Source of the DNA: an uncultured bacterium | GTDB taxonomy: Bacteria; Gemmatimonadota; Gemmatimonadetes; Gemmatimonadales; Gemmatimonadaceae | DNA length: 35,993 bases | Reading direction: 5' to 3' | Assembly (NCBI GenBank): GCA_963978095.1 | Contig: CAXBQP010000033.1 | Location: 1-35,993 of the forward strand | Part shown: positions 30,511-35,993 of the stretch, in pieces | Position numbering within the stretch: the stretch's first letter is position 1 | How the letters are laid out: every line of letters starts with the position of its first letter | Notes under the pieces: generated by a model | The model's input: only the letters and a program-made list of their open reading frames with translations | Told to the model about the DNA's origin: nothing | Database searches by the model: none | Program-made: the position numbers and the translations under genes

Positions 30511-31626
30511 ATGTTCCCACTGCGTCAACTCGCGATGACCGCCATTTTGGGATGCGTGGTCAGCACCGTGTCCGTCGATGCTCAGACGCAGGGTCGGATC
30601 TCCGACGTCTCCGCGTCGACGCCTCGGACGCACGTCGTCCGCGCGGGCGACACGCTATGGGACCTCGCTCGAACCTACCTCGGGGATCCGCATCGCTGGC
30701 AGGTGCTCTACCGCCTGAACTGGGGAGTGGTGCTGAACCCCCATTGGCTCGAGCCCGGCATGGTCTTGCGTCTGACCGCCGCCGAGGTGCCGCTTGCGGC
30801 CGCGATGACAGAATCTGATCAAGCCCCAACCGGTGCCACGGTCACTGACCTCCGCGTGGTCGGTCAGGCGCCGCTCCCGGAGACGCCCGTGCACCCGGCG
30901 GCCTCGCGGCCCGGGCCCGACGCCTCCCGCCTGACCCGCGAATACGCGCGTCCGACTGCGGTGCGCGCTGGGGATTTCCTCACCTCCCCGTTTGTCGTAC
31001 CCCTCGGCGGCCCGCCAGGCGCCGGACGAATCGAGCGCGCGATCGGCGAGACGCTTGGTGCCACCACGTCCCGCCTCCGGTCCGTGCAGTTTCGGGATGT
31101 CGTGCGCATCGCACTCCCGATGGGCGGGGCGGGGGCGGTGGGGGAGCAGTTTCTCGTGATTCGCATGTCGGACGTCCTCGGTCCCGATGCCCAGGTCGCC
31201 GTCCCCGTGGGTGTGCTGACCATCACCGCGGCCGCGGCCAACGGAATGGCCGACGCCGAGTTGACGCGAAAGTTCGACGACGTGACGGCCGACCTCGCGG
31301 TGATTCCGCTCGAGACGTTGGCCATGCCTGTCGGCGTGCTTCCGACGGCGACCCAGACGGGACGCGAAACACGAGTCCGTTGGATCGCCGGCAATGCCCT
31401 CGTGAGCGTGCCGGGGCAGTATCTCGTGGTGGAGGCCGGCAGCGCCGACGGACTCGTTCCCGGCGATCAACTCACCGTGCGCGATGCAGCCAATGGCGAC
31501 GCGGAACTCGCGGTCGTGCAGGTCACGAGAGTCACCCCCCGCGGCGCGACGGCGATCGTGCGGACGGTTCGGAACGGCGGGGTGTCGGTCGGGGCGCGCG
31601 CGCGGGTGAGCGCGAAGATGCCCTGA
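30511..31626 (+). CDS. Secreted LysM peptidoglycan-binding protein
   Basis: Signal peptide ending VDA|Q. LysM motif HVVRAGDTLWDLARTYLGDP.RW..LY..N...NPHWLEPG. Beta-rich C-terminus (G..DGL.PGD.L.V). Start could be 30502 or 30511. Confidence 0.82.
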   Translation: MFPLRQLAMTAILGCVVSTVSVDAQTQGRISDVSASTPRTHVVRAGDTLWDLARTYLGDPHRWQVLYRLNWGVVLNPHWLEPGMVLRLTAAEVPLAAAMTESDQAPTGATVTDLRVVGQAPLPETPVHPAASRPGPDASRLTREYARPTAVRAGDFLTSPFVVPLGGPPGAGRIERAIGETLGATTSRLRSVQFRDVVRIALPMGGAGAVGEQFLVIRMSDVLGPDAQVAVPVGVLTITAAAANGMADAELTRKFDDVTADLAVIPLETLAMPVGVLPTATQTGRETRVRWIAGNALVSVPGQYLVVEAGSADGLVPGDQLTVRDAANGDAELAVVQVTRVTPRGATAIVRTVRNGGVSVGARARVSAKMP

Positions 31627-31729
31627 CCCTCCAGGAGACTCGTGCGCGGCGTTAACTTGAGGAAGTGTCCCCTCCGCGTGGCCGTTCGGGGGGCACGCTC
31701 GGCGTATCTCATTTTCCACGGTTTTTCTC

Positions 31730-32689
31730 ATGACGTCTTCTCGCATACTGGTGACCGGCGGCGCGGGCTTCATCGGTTCGCATCTCGTCGACCGATTTCT
31801 GGCCTCCGGGGCCGCGGTCACCGTGATCGATGATTTGTCGAATGGCAAACGGGACCGGGTAGCGGCTGGCGCGACCTTTCATCCCCACGACATTCGGAGC
31901 CCGGAAGCCGCCGCGCTCGTCCGCGCGGGGGATTTTGACGCGATTTGCCATTTCGCCGCGCAGATGGATGTCCGCAAGTCGGTGGCGGACCCGATCAATG
32001 ACGCGTCGCGAAACATCCTCGGGACGCTAAACCTGCTCGAGGCGGTCCGCACCGGGTCGCCGCGCACGCGCCTGATTTTCTCGTCAACGGGAGGTGCCGT
32101 GTATGGGGATTTCGATCCGCCGCCGAGCCGCGAGACGTTCGAGAAGAATCCCGAATCGCCGTATGGGATCGCGAAGCTGAGCGTGGAGTATTATCTCGCC
32201 TACTACGCACGCGTGCACGGGCTGGATGTCGCCGCATTGCGCTATGCCAATGTCTATGGTCCCCGACAGGATCCCCATGGCGAAGCTGGCGTCGTGGCGA
32301 TCTTCTGCGAACGTCTTCTGTCCGGGAAGTCACTGCGGATCTTCGGCGACGGATCGCAGACGCGGGATTATGTCTACGTTGGCGATGTCGTGGATGCCAA
32401 TGTCCGGGCGGCTACCCGGCCCCTCCCGAAGGCCGGCCGCCTGGACGCGCGCGCCTTCAATATCGGTACCGGAGTCGCGACGTCGGTGGTCGCGCTCGCG
32501 GCGGCCCTCCAAGCGGCAGCCGGGACGAATCTGTCCAATGAGTTCGCGCCACATCGCCCGGGTGAGCAGATGCGATCGTTCGTCGATATCAGCAAGGCAC
32601 GCGACGAACTCGACTGGTCGCCGGCGACGACACTCGCCGATGGACTTGCCCAGACCTTTCGTTGGTTCGCCGCACACTACGTCGCCTGA
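31730..32689 (+). CDS. NAD-dependent epimerase/dehydratase (UDP-glucose 4-epimerase-like SDR)
   Basis: ILVTGGAGFIGSHL, AAQMDVRKSV, SSTGGAVYG, SPYGIAK, YANVYGPRQDPHGEAGVVAIF, GDGSQTRDYVYV. Confidence 0.9.
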   Translation: MTSSRILVTGGAGFIGSHLVDRFLASGAAVTVIDDLSNGKRDRVAAGATFHPHDIRSPEAAALVRAGDFDAICHFAAQMDVRKSVADPINDASRNILGTLNLLEAVRTGSPRTRLIFSSTGGAVYGDFDPPPSRETFEKNPESPYGIAKLSVEYYLAYYARVHGLDVAALRYANVYGPRQDPHGEAGVVAIFCERLLSGKSLRIFGDGSQTRDYVYVGDVVDANVRAATRPLPKAGRLDARAFNIGTGVATSVVALAAALQAAAGTNLSNEFAPHRPGEQMRSFVDISKARDELDWSPATTLADGLAQTFRWFAAHYVA

Positions 32690-32721
32690 CGCCCGCTGAG
32701 ACCCGGATCCGCATCCCCGAT

Positions 32722-33423
32722 ATGCAACTCGCCAACGCCATTCCGAGCACGCCGCTCGAACTCATCCTGAGCGCCACCGTCGCGACGAAGGTCGTGCTCG
32801 TGGTGCTCGCCGTCCTGTCCCTGGTCAGCTGGGGCGTGATGCTCTCCAAGTGGCTCGAGTTCAGTCGGGTCGCGAAGGCGTCGGCGTCGTTCCTGTCCGA
32901 GTTCAGTCGCGCGTCGCGGCTGGAGCAGGTGGCCGGGGTCGCGAAGCGGGTCAAGCCGAGCCCGTACACGCGCGTGTTCGCCCGCGCGATCCAGTTTCTG
33001 CAGGAGACGCGCCCACTCGGCGTGGACGATACCGCCGGCGGCGGCACCTTGTCCGGGTCGCAGGTTGAAGCGCTGCGGCTGGTGCTCGACGCCGAAACCA
33101 ACGCCGAGCGGGACCAACTCGGGCGCTACATCCCGGCGCTGGCGGTCATCGGTTCGGCGAGCCCGCTGATGGGGCTCTTGGGCACCGTGCTGGGCGTCAT
33201 TACGGCCTTCCTTGGCGTCGCGGCGGGCGGATCCGGGAATCTCGCCGCGGTGGCTCCCGGCGTCGCCGAAGCGCTCATCGCCACCGCCGCGGCGCTCGCG
33301 GTCGCGATCCCCGCGACGTTCGGCTACAACATCTTTGCCAACAAGCTCAACCGGTTCGACGGCGCGCTCGAAGGGTTCGGCTCCGAGATCATCGCGCTGA
33401 TGGCGCGCGAGGGGCGCATCTAG
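32722..33423 (+). CDS. tolQ: MotA/TolQ/ExbB proton channel, TolQ
   Basis: Three TM segments, SPLMGLLGTVLG, VAPGVAEALIATA, AIPA..GYN. First gene of a tol-pal cluster. Confidence 0.9.
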   Translation: MQLANAIPSTPLELILSATVATKVVLVVLAVLSLVSWGVMLSKWLEFSRVAKASASFLSEFSRASRLEQVAGVAKRVKPSPYTRVFARAIQFLQETRPLGVDDTAGGGTLSGSQVEALRLVLDAETNAERDQLGRYIPALAVIGSASPLMGLLGTVLGVITAFLGVAAGGSGNLAAVAPGVAEALIATAAALAVAIPATFGYNIFANKLNRFDGALEGFGSEIIALMAREGRI

Positions 33424-33840
33424 ATGCGGCGCCGGAGCCGGGGCGAACGCACCCCGCTGAACGCGGAGATCAACGTCGTGTCGCTGATCGACGTCATGAT
33501 GCTGCTCATGATCATTTTCATGATCACCGCGCCGATGATGCAGGGCGGGGTGGACATCTCGCTGCCGAAGGCCGAGGCCAAGCCGTTGGAAGCCAACAGT
33601 GGGATGGCGGTCACCATCACGCGTGACGGCACGATCTACGTGGATGATGCCAAGTACACGCTGAGTGAGTTCCGCGCGACCTTCCGCTCGATCGCGTCGC
33701 GGCAGGCCAAGAAGGGGGTGTACGTGCGTGCGGACCAGAACGTGCCGTACGGGAAGGTCGTCGTCGTGTTGGGCATCATCCGGGCGGCCGGGGTGACGAA
33801 TACCGGGCTGGTCGCTGAGCCCGAGAACGTCTCGCGGTGA
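33424..33840 (+). CDS. tolR: ExbD/TolR protein, TolR
   Basis: AEINVVSLIDVMMLLMIIFMITAP, VRAD..VPYG.V. Confidence 0.92.
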   Translation: MRRRSRGERTPLNAEINVVSLIDVMMLLMIIFMITAPMMQGGVDISLPKAEAKPLEANSGMAVTITRDGTIYVDDAKYTLSEFRATFRSIASRQAKKGVYVRADQNVPYGKVVVVLGIIRAAGVTNTGLVAEPENVSR

Positions 33841-34538
33841 GCGCGATGCGGTCCGCGCCGCGCTCCTTGGCGATGCCCATCGGCGTTTCGGCGCTCTTCC
33901 ATATCGGGATGATCGCCACGGCGTTGGCGTTACGTCCCGCGCCCAAGCCGATGCCCCCCACCATGTACAAGGTGGAGCTGGTGGCGGCGCCACAGGGCCC
34001 GGTGGCGGCGGGGACGGTCGGCGATCCGGAATCGGTGCCGGCCGCGGATCCCCCGGCCCCGGCGAAGAGCAAGGTGGTCCCCAAGGCGAAGGCTCCGGTG
34101 CCGAGTCCCAAGGCTTCCGCCGCGGCGAAGCCCGCCAAGGTCGCCGCCACACCGACCGTCGTGCCCTCCAAAGGGGGGGGCACGCCGGGAAAGGCCGGAA
34201 GTGCTGCGGGGGGGGCGGGAACCGATGTCGTTGGGATCACGACCGATGGCATCGCATTTCCATTCCCGGGGTATCTCAACAACATCGTGCGCCAGATCTA
34301 CCTCAACTTCAGTGCGCGCGGTGCGACGAATCTGACCGCCGAGGTGTTTTTCATGATCCGGCGTGACGGGACGGTGGCCAACTTCCGATGGTTGCAGCGC
34401 AGTGGCAGTCAGGTGTTCGACCTTGAATGCCAGGGGGCGATCGAGGCGGCCGGGAAGGCGTTCGGACCTCTCCCGGCGGGCTTCACCGATGACGTGCTAC
34501 CCGTGCGATTCAGTTTCGACCCGAGCAAAATTCGATGA
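33837..34538 (+). CDS. tolA: TolA/TonB-like energy transducer (short)
   Basis: N-terminal TM with S-x3-H (SALFH), Pro/Ala/Lys-rich linker, TonB-C-like domain (Y...I...I, F.I.RDG, SG...FD, PLP). Lies between tolR and tolB. Confidence 0.75.
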   Translation: MSAMRSAPRSLAMPIGVSALFHIGMIATALALRPAPKPMPPTMYKVELVAAPQGPVAAGTVGDPESVPAADPPAPAKSKVVPKAKAPVPSPKASAAAKPAKVAATPTVVPSKGGGTPGKAGSAAGGAGTDVVGITTDGIAFPFPGYLNNIVRQIYLNFSARGATNLTAEVFFMIRRDGTVANFRWLQRSGSQVFDLECQGAIEAAGKAFGPLPAGFTDDVLPVRFSFDPSKIR

Positions 34539-35821
34539 CCTTTCGCCGTCTGCTCCCCGCCGCGCTGATTGCGGCCATCGCCCTCCCCGTCTCGCTCCGA
34601 GCACAGGATACCACGCGATCGGTTCGAATCGGCCTGACCTATGCCACGGGGACCCGTCCCGGTGTGTTCGTGTCTCCGGTGAGCGGACCGAATGCCGATT
34701 CGATACGCACGATTCTCTCCCGCGATCTCGATTACGGGGACCGGGTGAGCGTGATCGCACCGGACGGCGGCGATCCGCCCTCGGGCGCCATCAACTATGG
34801 GCTCTTCGGGCAGATCGGAGCCGCGGCCCTGGTACAGGCCTCGGTCACCCCCTCCGGACTGCTCCATGTGGTGCTGCATGATGTCAGCGCCGCCCGCGTC
34901 ATCAATGTGGCCGACTTCCCGATGCCGGGCCCGGCGCTCAGCGCGGAGTGGCGGCTTGCCGTCCACACGGCGTCGGACGAAGTCGAGTACTGGATCACCG
35001 GACAGCGGGGACTGTCGGCGACGCGCATCCTGTTCGTGCGCGATCAAAGAATGTGGAGTGTGGATTACGACGGCGCGAACGCCAGTGCGGTGCCGGGATT
35101 GGGGGCGGCGCTCTCGCCGGCGTGGCATCCGACCGGACGGTACGTCGCGTACTGCGAGCTCACCTCGGAGGGCACCCATATCGTGATCCGCGACATCGTG
35201 GCCGGCACCTCCCGGCGCGTCGCCCGCGTCGGTGGCACGAACATCTCCCCGGTCTTCTCGCCAGATGGAAAGACCGTGGTCTTCGCCGGCGGGGAGGATG
35301 GCATCGATCTGTTCAGCGTGCCGCTCGCGGGGAACGATCCGCCGATTCGGGTGACGGTCGGGCGCGGGAGCCAGAACATGAGCCCGAGTTTCAGCCCGGA
35401 CAGTCGGCGGGTGGCATTCACCTCGAACCGATTGGGGCATGCCGAGGTATATATTACGGACGTGGACGGCACGAACGTGGACCTGCTGACGACAACCGTC
35501 ACGGAGAAGAACCCGTATCGGTCGAACCCTGATTGGTCCCACGATGGTCGTCGTATCGCGTATCAGGCGCAAGCCGAGGGCGGATTCCAAGTCATGACCA
35601 TTACCCTGCGTGACCGGCTGACCAATCAGCTGACGAGCGACGGGAGCAACGAGGATCCGTCGTGGGGGCCGGATGATCGGCACATGGTCTTCACCTCGAA
35701 CCGATCGGGAGAGAATCAGATTTGGGTCCTGGACACCGAGACGTTCCGATCGCGGCAGTTGACGCGTGTGGGCTCGGCGCGCATGGCCTCGTGGTCACCC
35801 CGCCTCGCCAGTCCCAAATGA
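34535..35821 (+). CDS. tolB: Tol-Pal beta-propeller protein TolB
   Basis: Signal peptide, TolB-N (DLDY...H..SDEV...ITGQRG), DYDGAN, PD40 repeats (SPAW, SPVFSPDG, SPSFSPD, PDWS.DG, PSWGPD). Confidence 0.95.
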   Translation: MTFRRLLPAALIAAIALPVSLRAQDTTRSVRIGLTYATGTRPGVFVSPVSGPNADSIRTILSRDLDYGDRVSVIAPDGGDPPSGAINYGLFGQIGAAALVQASVTPSGLLHVVLHDVSAARVINVADFPMPGPALSAEWRLAVHTASDEVEYWITGQRGLSATRILFVRDQRMWSVDYDGANASAVPGLGAALSPAWHPTGRYVAYCELTSEGTHIVIRDIVAGTSRRVARVGGTNISPVFSPDGKTVVFAGGEDGIDLFSVPLAGNDPPIRVTVGRGSQNMSPSFSPDSRRVAFTSNRLGHAEVYITDVDGTNVDLLTTTVTEKNPYRSNPDWSHDGRRIAYQAQAEGGFQVMTITLRDRLTNQLTSDGSNEDPSWGPDDRHMVFTSNRSGENQIWVLDTETFRSRQLTRVGSARMASWSPRLASPK

Positions 35822-35993
35822 TGACCACTACCATGCCCGCCTCCTTCCGACCGGGTCGGACGAGCGCCTTTCTCGTCGTGACCCTCGTGCTCGCCGCGTG
35901 CCGCGCCAAGCCCGCCCCGGGTCCGACTCCGCTGCAACAAGCGCCCAGCCGCGCCACGCCGGACTCGGTGGCGGCGACCACCACCAGCGTCCC
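35818..35993 (+). CDS. pal: Lipoprotein, probably Pal, 3'-truncated by the window edge
   Basis: ATG overlaps the tolB stop. Lipobox LAAC followed by a Pro/Ala-rich tether. The OmpA domain is not in the window, so identity rests on gene order. Confidence 0.65.
   Translation, partial: MMTTTMPASFRPGRTSAFLVVTLVLAACRAKPAPGPTPLQQAPSRATPDSVAATTTSV

Noticed and set aside
33421..33426. tolQ TAG directly followed in frame by tolR ATG (possible read-through fusion or recoded TAG)
   Set aside because: Both proteins are complete and of normal length, and TAG is a normal stop elsewhere (rpmB, ugd, secA, ssb); simple tight packing explains it.

Overview
High-GC bacterial chromosomal window with every supportable gene on the + strand. 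It is probably Gemmatimonadota/FCB-group; this is inferred from the long insertion-bearing SecA and gene order, not from a database search. Bases 6-71 are not biological: they are an Illumina P7/TruSeq indexed adapter fused to the contig end, which truncates pyrD. Gene order: pyrD'-pyrF, an uncharacterised lipoprotein, a separately promoted rpmJ-rpsM-rpsK-rpsD-rpoA-rplQ-rpmB operon with terminator, and a nucleotide-sugar block (gmd, rmd-like, carB, wbpD-, wbpB-, wbpE-, wbpA-like, ugd, uxs). Then bamD, nadD, secA, radC, rel, a 4-TM protein, uvrB-tsaE-tsaB-rimI, ssb, a LysM protein, an SDR epimerase and tolQ-tolR-tolA-tolB-pal'. I found no mobile element, CRISPR array, tRNA or rRNA. This is mostly core genome and I cannot support a large novel multi-gene system. 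The best leads are small: a pseudoknot-plus-GNRA-hairpin RNA in front of rpoA, a structured r-protein leader, and an unannotated 37-codon membrane ORF followed by a terminator/promoter/palindrome that splits the diacetamido-uronate pathway. Also notable are carB locked by overlaps inside a sugar operon and three apparently leaderless genes.
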